From positions 492,436 through 556,435 of the forward strand of contig NMRA01000254.1 in assembly GCA_002633005.1 (NCBI GenBank): a DNA stretch of 64,000 nt, in the 5' to 3' direction. This document shows, in pieces, positions 13,231 through 25,933 of this stretch; the first letter of the stretch is position 1, and every line of letters begins with the position of its first letter. The notes beneath the pieces were generated by a model. It had not been told where the DNA came from, searched no databases, and saw nothing but the letters and a program-made list of their open reading frames with translations. The position numbers and the translations under genes were made by a program. Source of the DNA: Phoronis australis. Its lineage: Eukaryota; Animalia; Phoronida.

Positions 13231-14252
13231 TGTTGAAGTTTAATTTGTGGACCACGACTAAATTCAAGTACTGCTCTCACTGGCATTAAGCATTTAACGT
13301 TTTCAATTGGATTGATTAATTTTTCTGCACATACTGCCAGTGAATGTTAGCACGGTCTTGAACATAAAAACATGTACAAGAGAAGAAACACAACGGACAC
13401 ATAGCTACAAAGACAAAGAAAAAAAACTGACAATAAATGAGGGAGCTGTAACAGCAACCACAACATACACCTGAGACGGCAGGAGCCCTGAATATGAGAG
13501 GGCAGCCCGCATCGACAGTCATCCCATGCATGTTTAGCCCTGGATATTTGAACAGTTACTGTAGTTATAATGGTATACCACATCTAATGGCAAGCCAAAT
13601 GAAGAAAAAAAGAAGCACTCCGAAAGAAACCACTGCATTTGAGCACAAGCCATTGATACAACCCTGATTTATTTACTACCAGATGTACAGCATTTCACAA
13701 AGAAAAATTTGAATCAATCTAAAGCTCGTAATTGCAAGAGATAACTTGCCGAACAAAAGAATCAAATAGGAACTAATACTTAAAAATGCAATTATATATA
13801 CAAATAGCTAAATAGAGAAACTGAAACACTAAATTAACACGAAATACATGTAAAAGTACTAGTATCAAATTACGAGATGACACTGATATTCAACGCAAAC
13901 GCAATTAATACAAAACATGTTAACGCCGCCTAAAATATTAACCCAACTCCGTACGATCTGACGACTAACTAAACTAAGTAATCATGCGCCATCATTTTAT
14001 TCACAATTCAGAACCCGTCCGGCGTTGGCGTCTGGCGTTGACTCTTCCAAAGACCTTCCACAAACTCGTTAACTTGTTCCATTCTCTTCATTTCTTGGAC
14101 AACTTACTGTACTAATGATTTTACGCGAAGAGATTGACCTCAACTTCTGAATAATGAAATGTCAGTTCTTTGTTCTGTGTCGAAAGCAAAACAAACAAAG
14201 ATTGCTAGTCAAAAGTGCTATAATTGACTTTCTTCGACAACAATTATTACAG

Positions 14253-14489
14253 ACAGCCTTGAATGTAAGTTCCTCGCGTCCGGCAAGGATTACAATGGAA
14301 CCTTGTCAGTCACAATGTCGGGAAGGACGTGTCAGAGATGGGATGCACAGACTCCTCATACTCATACTGTGGCTAATGCGGACACAATTGAAAACTACTG
14401 CAGGAACCCAGACGGGGAACAGTCGCTCTGGTGTTACACAACTGACCCTTCAGAAAGATGGGAGTGTTGCCCAGTACCATTTTGTTCTG
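14253..14489 (+). CDS. Kringle-domain exon K1 (phase 1-1) of a multi-kringle protein
   Basis: ttacAG / GTgagt boundaries; 237 bp; DSLECKFLASGKDYNGTLSVTMSGRTCQRWDAQTPHTH...NYCRNPDGEQSLWCYTTDPSERWECCPVPFCSG. Confidence 0.92.
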
Positions 14490-15039
14490 GTGAGTGAATG
14501 ATGTGTAATCGATCATGAATCTTTGTCTGTCCAGAAATGGTACCATATTCCTCTAATCAGTTATAGTGCCTCTATTTCAGTTCATCGTCAGGAGACTGTT
14601 TTATCAAAGGCTGTAAGTCCAGTTTTATAGCTAACACGGTCGAAACCTCTACTTTAATTTACTCGCTGTACATCAACGTGGCTCCTGCACACAGTGGTCG
14701 TTTTAACTTAGAAGTCTGAATATGAAAATTTAGTAACTTCAGGTACAACGTTTCGCACTCATAAAAAGCGCAGCATCAAGCACACTGTAGGCATTACTGC
14801 CGTGCCTACGGTCATCATAGTTAGTTAACTTAGCGTTATCTTTTTGCACTCAGGTGGCGATCATGCTTTAGAATTGAAGTAGATGTGTAAGAATTCGTTA
14901 CTGTCATTAACTGCAATGATGAAAATTATTAAAAACCAAGGACTCGTAAAACGTATGTGAGGTGGCGACGTAGTCAGGTAATTTCTAAAATCCATTTCCA
15001 CCAACCTTAGACAAGTTCATACTGACACAACGTTTCAGT

Positions 15040-15122
15040 TGTTTAGCTTGTCATCTGCAAGTGTTACAAAGTGCCAGTCTGAGAGCCGAAAGATCTCAGG
15101 TTCAAATCCTGCCTTGCTCCAA
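15040..15122 (+). mobile_element. Decayed tRNA-derived SINE head (intronic)
   Basis: B-box-like GGTTCAAATCC with T-arm pairing cagg...cctg; no complete cloverleaf. Confidence 0.35.
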
Positions 15123-15307
15123 AAATTGTGACAACCTTAGACCACCAAGAACGTAGTATATCTGTGCATAAACCTCTAAAAACCGTAAGTCTGCAACACC
15201 TGAAGATGGTTGGATAAATGATGAAACGAGGTGTCAATTGAAAAAAGGCTAGAATTTGTGTAAATAGATAAATAGACTTTAGAAAAACATTACCTGATTT
15301 TTTACAG

Positions 15308-15544
15308 GCCACCAAGATTGTAAAAGGGATGGGTGGGGAGCTTCTTACAACGGAACAATTAATATAACCATGGCAGGCATACCGTGTCAACGGTGGGATA
15401 CGCAACTCCCGCACACTCACGCCAGTTTTGAAGGACTACATGAAAACTTCTGCCGAAATGTGGGGAGGGTACGTGAATCTCCATGGTGCTTCACAACAAA
15501 TCCCTCCATTAGATGGCAATACTGTCCAGTTCCATTATGCTCGG
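15308..15544 (+). CDS. Kringle-domain exon K2 (phase 1-1)
   Basis: tttacAG / GTaagc boundaries; 237 bp; GHQDCKRDGWGASYNGTINITMAGIPCQRWDTQLPHTH..ENFCRN..SPWCFTTNPSIRWQYCPVPLCSG. Confidence 0.92.
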
Positions 15545-15787
15545 GTAAGCACACGGTTTTCAGGAGAGGTGAAATGTCTACAGGCCGAATCATTCTTCAA
15601 ACAGATGTAGAAACCTATATCCGCCTGATTGAGAAACTTTGTCTTTTAACATAATAGGAAATATAAACTACATTGGATGTTACTTGTTTATCTCTAAATA
15701 AGCAACAACCAAACATTTAAACGTGAACCATTAATTACATGTAGACGAAATTATGCGAATTGGTGGTGGGCCGTAACTCATAGCGCT

Positions 15788-18127
15788 CTGTGGCGGATCT
15801 ACGGGGGGGGGGTCAGGGGGTTTAAACCACCCCCCTCGGGCCAGGACCCAAAAATTAAAAAAAGCGTCTCCAGCAAAACAAAAACGGCACCGCCAGCGTG
15901 TGTAAGCCCCAAGTAAACCAACTTGGAAAAAATTGAGGGGGGGGGGACTCACTCTGAAAATATATTTTTTTGCATTGTGAATTGCTGAGTCTTTGTGGCT
16001 CATCGGCAAAACGCGCGGGGATTTATTGTGCGCGCGCTTCTGTCGACATTTCTGATGTAGCCAAGCATTTTACATGGATTCACCGCTGAAAGAGCAGTTC
16101 TATAGCTGATTTCTTTAGGTAATTACCTTCTTTACTCTAAGATATATTTTGATTTGATTAGGGTAAATACTGCGGTGCCGCAATCCTGATATTCAGGCGA
16201 ATTGAAGTGCAACGTTTTTACCTCATCTGTCATGCCGTGTCATTCTATTAGACTCAACACGTTTGTAACTGGTGTATAGTAAAGTTGTCTTGCGCAATAT
16301 CATAGAGTGTACATGTACATGTAATATTGTGTACATGTACATGTAATATTTAAAAAAAAATCTTTTTCCAAAGAATTGCTATTGTAGCGGGCGCCGAGGT
16401 CTGGTCGCGAGTCCGTTTGAAGACACACTCTATAACAACTAATGTCTATACAAGGAATGACCAAGGAGGCACTCACATTGAGAAAGTGACCGCATTCGCG
16501 AAAAGTGTACAGTACCAGAAATTGCGGGGAGGCCCTTCTTTCACAACAAAGTCTTGCGGGACTCGTGCGATGTTCAATAAGCCTCCTAAGGAGCCCTAGT
16601 TCCGACCTCAACACCTACCGTCTGTCTACCTGCAATAAGCACACTGCTGTCCTCTATAATGGGAATTTCCGCAGAAAGGCTTACCCGATGAAACGCTCAT
16701 GCCCATGGGCATTTATTGATATTAGTACTTCGGGTTTCAAGCGTTCAGACATTGGGACGTTTATTTCGAAAATTGCAAGATATGCAAATAGGTCCTGGGA
16801 TTCTTCGTCAAGGTTTGAAGTAGTCCATGATGAACGGATCAAATTTAGTTGCGCATGTAAGTCTTTTGAATGGACTTGGCATTCTCAAGGGTCTTAGTGT
16901 CAACTGAGCTGCGAAACGAGATGCTGACATTTGAGAGGCTTACAAGCTCATTGACACAGCAGTTGACGAAGTGCAAGCGTTGGGAACAAACATCGAAGAT
17001 ATCTGGGTAGAATGGTTCCAAGAGCAGCAAACCATTGGATCCTCGGCAGTCTAGACAACAGAAGGATAGGACTAACGTATGAGTAACCACTGGGGATTAA
17101 ACTTTTAGAGAAAAGTTTTCAATTCCAAATTTTTTGCATAGTACACTTTAGGTCTCGCAACGGACCAGGTCAGCTTGATTTGTGAAGATGTTGAGTTTTA
17201 GTGTACTTCTGGTCCCTCGGCGAACTAGTCTTGTGATTTTTTTACCAAAGTGTGCTTTGTAAAACTATTTATCTCAGCCAGTACTGTTTGTTCCAGCGAC
17301 AGATCGACTATTTATATACGGATAATAAGCTCAGGTCAGAGTACTCTTGGTCTCGTGACGGACCAGGGCAGCTTTTTTATACTCTCAGTGTACATCTGGT
17401 CCCTCTGCAAACTAGTCCAGTGTATCTTTCACCACTGTGCACAGGATGTTTTGGTTTCGTGAAACTGTTTTCAGATGATTTCTTTCCTGATAGATTTGAC
17501 GTTTTTCAATTGTTGTCAACGTGATTCAGCTTAATAAAGTGATACCTAATTATTTATTGTCGCTTTTAATAATAGACTATGAGTTGAGAGCACCATCGTT
17601 CGCCAGTTTTTCTCGTAAGGAGACAGAACACATGTTTATTTCCGGACTAACAGTACAGGTCTTCATTATTAAACAACTTGAGGCTGCTGTTACGCGATCA
17701 TCTGATATTCAAGTTTTTACGCCCAGTCGGTGCTCCTTAATTATGCTCTAGAATATTTGGAAATTGCCTAAGCCCCTGTATACACAACACAATTTTTCGT
17801 ATACGGCTTTTCGTATGCTAAAAAACGTGTGTGTAAGCAGATGTTCCAACAAATTTTTTTGCTGGTGGCGTGACTCATACCCAGATGTGCATTATGTGCC
17901 AAGTTCATGTGACGAAATCGAGAACGGTTTTTAATTATCTTAAGAAAAACTCCAGAGACATGTTAAGTGACAGAAACTTACCAGGATGCATGGAAATTTC
18001 ACTATTTGGCAACAAAAACAAAAAAAATATGTTACACGGGAGGGGAAACTCCCCTCCTGACCTCCCCCCGCGACCTTGGCGGGAATCCTAAACCCCTTCC
18101 CTTGCTGAAAACTTAGATCCGCCACTG
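15788..18127 (-). mobile_element. Decayed hAT-like TIR element in the kringle intron
   Basis: Termini CTGTGGCGGATCTA and TAGATCCGCCACTG; internal minus-strand remnants only weakly hAT-like; no clear TSD. Confidence 0.5.
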
Positions 18128-18149
18128 GGCGTTCATTGTTGTAAGTACA

Positions 18150-21100
18150 TGTACTTTGTGGAGGGGGATGGGGGCAAAACCTTATTTTTCTATGTGACTA
18201 GCTAATATTATACCTATAATTCAAATTCCGAAAAAGCTCCCACGTCTACACTTGCAAAAAGGTGTTTTTGTTGCAAAAAATATTATGCACATTTCTATCA
18301 CTCGGTGCCGCTTTTCTACTAAATTGACCAATAAGAGGGCCAGATTGTATTGTTGTGCTGAATAATTTCAATATGGTAGCTCCCCTGGAGTGAGATCCTC
18401 ATATAACCCAAGGTTCATGAAACATAGGCCTCCTAGCAAAAAGCTGAGTGACTGTGCATCTCTGTAGATCAGTATAGATGGAAACGAACAGGAGGTGTCA
18501 CAAACGTCTGGAGGAAAACAGCTGCTCTGCTGCAGAAGTCTAACCATCAGAACAAAAGTTGAAAGGGCACAGTAGTAAAGTTTCAAGACACCAGTAGTAG
18601 CAGCTTTAGCAGCAGCAGCTGCAGCAGCAGCAGTAGTAGTAGTGACACAGATGTTGACCAAGATTTCCCAAGAAAATCAATTAGACATTCAAAATCTGAA
18701 ACATCAAATGAGAAGTTCCTGAGACCTTGGTGCACCACTTGAATGCAGAAAAAGTATGTTATGGACCACAAATCAAGCAAGATAAAGAAGGCACAACTTT
18801 CTAACTTTGGATACATAACAGGAAAGTGTTTTTGTAAGGCATATCTTTGTGTTTTCCAAGTGTGTTCAGTATGATAACCTGTTATTTTTAACAAGTTCAC
18901 CCCCAAAGCTGTCCAGGCCTCAGACATTACTGCCGTCTCAGCTGGCCCCAGTAGAGATGGTGGCCATGCCATAGGCCCTCCACACGCCGGAAGGTTTTCC
19001 GCGAATCATGCATCACACTGATTAACCACCAAACTTGTATTGCAATAAATCGAAAAGTACCTTTTGCACGTAGAAAGGAGGCTTAGGAAGAAGCTGATGT
19101 CCTTATTTCTTCCCAGCTCGAACAAAGACTCCCGCAACCAATCTTTATTCGAACAGTCGGTCGTTCAGTTGCACCAATCGGCAATTGGCCATGTGTTCCT
19201 CCTTGCGCCAGGGGATAAAAACTTGACGTCATGTTGCCGGTGTGATTTTAAACACTTTAAATCAAAACACCTTGGTGGCTGTAATAAATGTAGCCACTGC
19301 AATCCTAGAACAGAAGTTCTCGTCCAATGCTTTGGGAGGGCTAAATGGAGTAGATGGTTGCAATGCACTGTTAAATGAACAAGCCCAAGTGGGTGTCATC
19401 CCCCGCCGTAAACTGTGGAAGGGGCGACCCCCTTCTTATTTTTGAAAGCATTAATTACTTAGGTGCTTGCAATGGACTGTAATTGAGTAGAAATGCTCAA
19501 GTGACCGGTCTCCACCGTCATAATCTAAGTACAGGAGAAATCCCTGCCCATTCAGTCGCACGTTAATAATCTTAATGAACTTTGAATCTATTGACTACAG
19601 TGTGAGCATCTGAATAAAGAAATTCAATTTCAATCAATTAACTGGTACATCAGCTGGCGTATTTTCAGCAACATCGGCTATGTAATGTCATTTTCAGACA
19701 GTCAACGACATGTAATTGTGATACACTGGTGGCAGTGGCGGATTTAAGGGAGGGGCAAGGGAGATAGGATCCCTAACCTAAAATTCCATTTGGTAGCTCA
19801 GGGGTGAGAATGTCTGAAGGGTAAAATCCTGGTTAAAACTCTGCCCTGGCCCCCTCCTTAACACAAAATCCTGGATCCGCCCCTATAAATGTTAGATTAA
19901 TATTAACAGTTCACGTTTTTTTTTCATCGCAAGCAGTAACTTTTTCCGGGAACCTGAACATGCTAATGGAATTCAAGGATAAAGACCTTGTTTCTTTTGA
20001 AGCCAAGTACATGTACCACAGATCATGCAACAAAAAATTGGCGAAGAGTAAAGAATCGACGGGTTTCAGTGATATATTTCTACAGTTTTGTTTGGACTTC
20101 ACTGAATCAAAGTTTTTAGCATGTGGAGATGTCATTTTCCAAAGCTAAAGCAAGAGTGTGAAGGCTTGCTTCAGAAAGCTAGTGTGCATGAAATCATTTG
20201 GACAAGTAATCTGAAGAAACGACTGATGAAACTACCGAATGTTGCAGTTTATGCCCAAGCAAGGGAGACGAAAATGAATTGGTGCTAGAGCTCAATGATT
20301 CACTTGCTGACAATTGACAAAGCAAGTAACACAGTCCATTGTAACATATTTTGAATCAAACATGCGCCAGAGTCCTGCCTGACTCCAAACAAGGACTATT
20401 TGACCCTTCATTGCATGCGGGACAATCACTTGTACCAGTGTGCTGGCATGTTCTGCGTCCATACAAACATGTCGATATAGTTGGCTCCTTGGCAGTGAAG
20501 CTTTGCAGTTTAAACGAATGACATTGTCCACAACGCTTGGTAGTACTCAAAGTCAATGATGTACGGTGCTGTGCAAAAAGAATATATGCGCGAGGAAATT
20601 GTGTTCGTGCCGCAATGCTGAGTTAAAATGTACAGAAATGTGCAGTTGCGACAACTGAAGTAACGTCAGCAACACTGACTCTATAACTTTGTACTGTGAC
20701 GGCGACAATGAAGATTGCATATTTTAAGTCAAGGGTAGTACATAGACCGCCACCTTCTGAATACCCGTCATTTCGTGAGTTTTAGTTTACAACTCGGTTG
20801 TCTGACAGTTTTCTAGACAGTGTCAGAATGACCTACACCTGTAGTATTTTCATAAAGTCGATGCGCGCATTCACAGAGATCATCCAATTGTGTTGTTATT
20901 TGTTCAACATATTTTTGTTATAATATGCAAGTATGTTGTACTGTATGTTATTAAAATTAATCAATGGTGCGGTCACTGAAGCGCAAGTGTACTTTTTATT
21001 TTACCTTGTCAGGCAAAGATTGCTTGCTTTGCAAAAAGGTTAGAAAGTGCTGTTTTTCAAATTTAAGTTCACTAAGCTCAGTGGTAACTATTTCTTAACT

Positions 21101-21246
21101 TCAAACTGAAAGTTCTTAGAATCAAGCACCATAATATGAGTAAACTTTTACAGTTAGAAAGCAGACTAATAAATTTATTCAAAAACACCAAAATAAAATT
21201 GCCCCCCCCCCCCTAAAGTACCCACAAAACTCGGTCCACCGCCTAG
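18150..21246 (+). mobile_element. Second, internally deleted AcademX remnant with nested insertions
   Basis: DLVSFEAKY(MY)HRSC at ~19985; LTPNKDYLTLHCMR at ~20380; Cys cluster CC....C.RGNC...CTEMCSC at ~20570-20650; ends ...GGTCCACCGCCTA; partial inverted repeat between 18151-18190 and 21190-21230. Confidence 0.6.
19733..19885. mobile_element. hAT-like MITE, same family as 1325-1432
   Basis: CAGTGGCGGAT...GGATCCGCCCCTA termini and shared internal sequence. Confidence 0.6.
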
Positions 21247-22305
21247 AAGTAATGTTCACGTCTTTCTTGAGAAATATGCCTTTTCGTCACCATTTCTGTG
21301 TACGATGACTCCGAAAAATACAAACAAGGCCCACCATTCTGTCCTCCATCAATTTCAGGAACTCAATGTTACATGTAATTCTGAATTTTGACTTAAATTT
21401 AGTATTGGGCTTGTTCTAAAAAACAGAAAGAACATCGGAACACGAGACCATCAAACTGGGTGATCATATGGCCGAAGGAAAATCAGGACAGGGGAGCTTA
21501 AGATTCGGGGAAGAACAATAATGGGGAATATACATTGTAGCGCCAGTTAACAAGCGTAGGATAAGTTGCTGAACGAGGGGCTGTACATGTACTGTAGGTA
21601 CCGGAAATGATAGGAACGACCACAAAATGGCCACCGTATCATAAATTGATAAATTTAGATAGTAAAAACGCAAATGCAAGGTGGATTAAGATTTTTACTA
21701 AAATTTTATTCTCTCGACTGATGAAACTTTTTGCACAATAAATGTAATCCGCATAATACGTACATGTAAGATCATGACTTACTTGGTGAACATGTATCCA
21801 AGCATTTTCAGAAATTATGAATTCAATTCATTTAAGTTGCTTTAACAGAAATTGCCTAGATTTTGACTTTGGACGTGGTACCGACCTATCATTGACAGCG
21901 CCTCGTCGTCAAGATTTTTGTTAGAACTAATAAAAAAGGTAAATTCATATCAAAACATTGTTATCAATAATAAGACCAAGTTTTTGATAAAATTGTTCAA
22001 AAGAGCTGTCGCAGTTTACTCAATTACTCAATTTTTTGTGATTTTATTGGATGCATATTTAGATAGGCTTACTTTTAAAAATGGTAAAAAGGCCAATTTT
22101 AACCAGTGTTTGATGAGAAATGAAGTACGAAGTACATGTAGAATGCACGAATCAAGTCTGGCGGTTTCGAGGAAACGATGTTGCAAGTTTTGATATTTTT
22201 GGGTTGGTTATAATCTTAATGTTTACATATTTGTACTACTGGTGTCCATTTGTCAAACGAGTCAACAACACCATAATCGATATCGTTCGACAACAGTTAT
22301 TACAG

Positions 22306-22551
22306 AACGATGTGAATGTAAACACCTCGCGTCCGGCGATGACTACATTGGGACCATGTCAGTCACAATGTCGGGAAGGATGTGTCAGAGATGGGATGCA
22401 CAGACTCCCCATACTCATGAACGTACTACGCATCATGCGGACACACTTGAAAATAACTACTGCAGGAGCTCTCCCGCGGAACAGTCGCCGTGGTGTTACA
22501 CAACTGACCCTGAAGTGAGATTGGAGATATGTCCAGTACCCTTCTGTTCCG
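22306..22551 (+). CDS. Kringle-domain exon K3 (phase 1-1), paralog of K1
   Basis: ttacAG / GTgagt boundaries; 246 bp; ERCECKHLASGDDYIGTMSVTMSGRMCQRWDAQTPHTH...NNYCRS..QSPWCYTTDPEVRLEICPVPFCSG; flanking introns homologous to those of K1. Confidence 0.9.
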
Positions 22552-22695
22552 GTGAGTGAAGAATGTGTAATCGATAATGAAGCTTTGTTTGTCCAGAAAA
22601 CGGCATCATATTCTCTAATCAGACATGACAGTTTATCTTCAGGAAGCTGGTATTTTAAACGTATTCAATCCAGTTTTATAGGTAAGGTGGTCTAT

Positions 22696-23868
22696 ACAGA
22701 GTGGTGCAAAATACGTCAAATCGCCCGAAATTAGGAAGACAAAGTCGCCCGTTAAAAAAAAATATTTATTATATTCCATAAAAATCTGCCAACGAGTCTC
22801 AAATATACAACGGACAACGAAAAAATGCCACTAGGGGGGCACACCGGTAGTCGGTTCCATCCAAATGTCGTTGTCGGTTTTAGACTTCATATAATACTTT
22901 AGCCACATTTAATAAAGATCCTGGAGAGTATGAGAGATAAAGCCACAGATGAAAAACACTGCCACTAGGAGGCGTCACGGTACTCCGTAAGTCATCATCA
23001 GCCACCCTCTCCACAGTAGAAACATAAACGGCTATGTTCATGCTTAAAGTGGTTTGGTTGATGGAAGGGCAGGCGCTAAAACAGACTAGAAAACAGGAAA
23101 AAATGGCCACTAGACGGCGCAAAATACCTCAAATCCATCCAAAATGGGAAAATGCCATTGATTCTTTAATAGAAAGCTATTTACCAATTTTCATAAAATT
23201 CTGTCAAGGAACTTCAGAGAAACGGATTTGTATGAAAGTCGTTGTCGTCTGTTCTCCATACCATATAAACACCCATTCAATAAAGATATTGCAGTGGGTT
23301 TTGGACATACAGCTACATGTACATGTATGGGCGAAAAAAAACACTAGGAGGCGTCACAGTAGTCGAAGCCGTTGGAAAAAAATCACCGTGAACCGTCCTC
23401 TTCACACTAAGAAGATAAATGTATAATAATTCCAATTTTCAAAATCATCCTCAGAGTAGTTTTGTTGGTAGTGGGGATGATGCCAAAAAACAAATTCAAA
23501 GGCAGTAAACATGGCCACTTGGTTGCTCAAAATACTCTAATTCATCCGAAAACCGGAGTAGAGCGTGATCTCACTCAAAATGCCTTTGTGCCAAATTCCA
23601 TGAAAATCCGTTGAGAACCTTTGAAGATACAGACGTAAACGCAAAAATAAAATTGCTACTAGGGGGCACACCGGTAGTCGTTTCCGTCCGAAATTCGTCG
23701 TCATTCGTTGTCATCTTGAAAGAAACACATAATTATGCCAAATCTCATTAAGATCGTGTGAGGAGCTTAGGAGATACAGCTGCGGACGCTCGTGGACGAT
23801 GGACGCTCTGACCACCAGACAGAGATGACGTCGTTATGCACCCACATATTAATACGTGGGTGGATAAA
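22696..23868 (+). mobile_element. Non-autonomous Helentron/DINE-like element with internal tandem units
   Basis: Repeated aaaatggccactagg(g)gcg units; GGAC-rich subterminal tract; 3' hairpin ACCCAC...GTGGGT followed by GGATAAA; absent from the paralogous K1-K2 intron. Confidence 0.55.
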
Positions 23869-24219
23869 GAGCAAAGCTTTCTCAAAACTATTTGAGTTGG
23901 TGACGTAGCAAAATAATTTCTAAAACATATTTCCACCAACCTTCAGCTTATTGATTATTCACATGGAATTTCATTCAGTAGTTTTTTTATATTTGAAGAT
24001 GTTATCGAGTGCCAAAGAACCGAAATATCCATTCACACCGAAACCTAAGATAATGGTGTTAATCAATGGCACTAGACACCCTTACATGTACCTTTAAAAA
24101 CCATGTAAGCCTATTACACCTGAAGATGGCCGAATACATGACCAAACGAAACGTGGTGCCAATCTATTGTTCAAATATATCAATAGCATTTAGAAAAAAA
24201 TATCTGTCATGTTTTACAG

Positions 24220-24380
24220 ACCATGAAGATTGTAAGAAAGATTTTAAGACATCCACTGCGACACCCTCCAGCAGCGCACCGGAGTATTTGGACCCTGAGC
24301 AAGTTGCAATACGCGCTCGTGTTGCTGAGTACTTTCGTGTCTGTAAACAACAAAGAGAAAGTTCAGATGATATACCTTAA
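24220..24380 (+). CDS. Putative terminal exon of the kringle gene (K2-like start fused to an unrelated tail)
   Basis: ttttacAG acceptor in phase 1; DHEDCKKD resembles the K2 start GHQDCKRD; then FKTSTATPSSSAPEYLDPEQVAIRARVAEYFRVCKQQRESSDDIP-stop. Confidence 0.6.
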
Positions 24381-25772
24381 ACATGGCTGAGGTATGGTCC
24401 ATCGTTCGAACCCTTCTGAAGAAACTGCTTGCAGATCAGTTGTTACTGTACGTTCTCCGAATGTAACAATACAGTGTATGTGTATCACTTATCTTTTCAT
24501 ATAGTAGATGTCGACAGCTGAGGAATTCAGTACCAAAATTTCCAAAACGACCGCCTGCTGCTCAGGCGAATAAATGTGGCTGTGTGCTGACTTGTAGAGT
24601 GAACCATGGTTTAAAATGTTGTAGTCATGGTTACAATGAGCCATCAATACTGAGAAATTTGTTGTTTCGTCGATCAGGTTTCACGAATAATGAATTTTCA
24701 ATGGTTACCGCAGGTGATTGGCAAAGCACCTACGGTGATAAAGCCAACTATCTGCAATTATCGCTAACTGGGCAAAAGAGTTCAGTAGACGCTAGAGTGG
24801 CCCCTTTGACTCGGTGAAAAAAGCCCCCGGCTCTTTTGGGTGTTACGTTTCCCGATTGATGAAAACAGTGTCGGGACGTTTTTGTGTGTTGGGGCGAACA
24901 TTTCACTCTTGCGGAATGGTTAGGCTCAAACGTCCCGCTTTTTATCAGCAAGTCCCGCTTTTGAAACCAGTTGTCTTGTTTTTTCGTTTTCACATATTGA
25001 ACGTGACAACTACAGTATGATACGGGAGTTCAAAATGTCTCTTTAATGTTACGGATAAGTTATTTTCCACAGTCCACCTTCTTCGTAACAATCCCAAAAA
25101 TGTGTTCCANNNNNNNNNNNNNNNNNNNNNNNNNNNNNNNNNNNNNNNNNNNNNNNNNNNNNNNNNNNNNNNNNNNNNNNNNNNNNNNNNNNNNNNNNNN
25201 NNNNNNNNNNNNNNNNNNNNNNNNNNNNNNNNNTTTCCGTCCGAAATTCGTCGTCATTCGTTGTCATCTTGAAAGAAACACATAATTATGCCAAATCTCA
25301 TTAAGATCGTGTGAGGAGCTTAGGAGATACAGCTGCGGACGCTCGTGGACGATGGACGCTCTGACCACCAGACAGAGATGACGTCGTTATGCACCCACAT
25401 ATTAATACGTGGGTGGATAAAGAGCAAAGCTTTCTCAAAACTATTTGAGTTGGTGACGTAGCAAAATAATTTCTAAAACATATTTCCGCAAACCTTCTGC
25501 TTATTGATTATTTACATGGAATTTCATTCAGTAGTTTTTTTATATTTGAAGATGTTATCGAGTGCCAAAGAACCGAAATATCCATTCACACCGAAACCTA
25601 AGATAATGGTGTTAATCAATGGTACTAGACACCCTAACATGTACCTTTAAAAACCTTGAAAGCCTATTACACCTGAAGATGGCCGAATACATGACAAACC
25701 GAAACGTGGTGCCAATCTATTGTTCAAATAGATCAAAAGCATTTAGAAAAAAATATCTGTCATGTTTTACAG

Positions 25773-25933
25773 ACCATGAAGATTGTAAGAAAGATTTTAA
25801 GACATCCACTGCGACACCCTCCCGCAGTACACCGGATTATTTGGACCCTGAGCAAGTTACAATACGCGCTCGTGTTGCTGAGTACTTTCGTGTCTGTAAA
25901 CAACAAAGAGAAAGTTCAGATGATATACCTTAA
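25773..25933 (+). CDS. Second (probably allelic) copy of the kringle terminal exon
   Basis: Same acceptor, frame and stop; four amino-acid differences (SSSAPE vs SRSTPD; VA vs VT). Confidence 0.45.

Noticed and set aside
15060-15122. tRNA gene
   Set aside because: Only a B-box/T-arm is present; no acceptor stem or D-arm, so it is treated as a SINE relic.
18590-18645. Poly-Ala/Thr ORF from a (CAG/TAG)n tract
   Set aside because: Simple trinucleotide repeat inside a decayed transposon.
25773-25933. Alternative last exons of the kringle gene
   Set aside because: The duplicate abuts an assembly gap, so allelic redundancy is more parsimonious.
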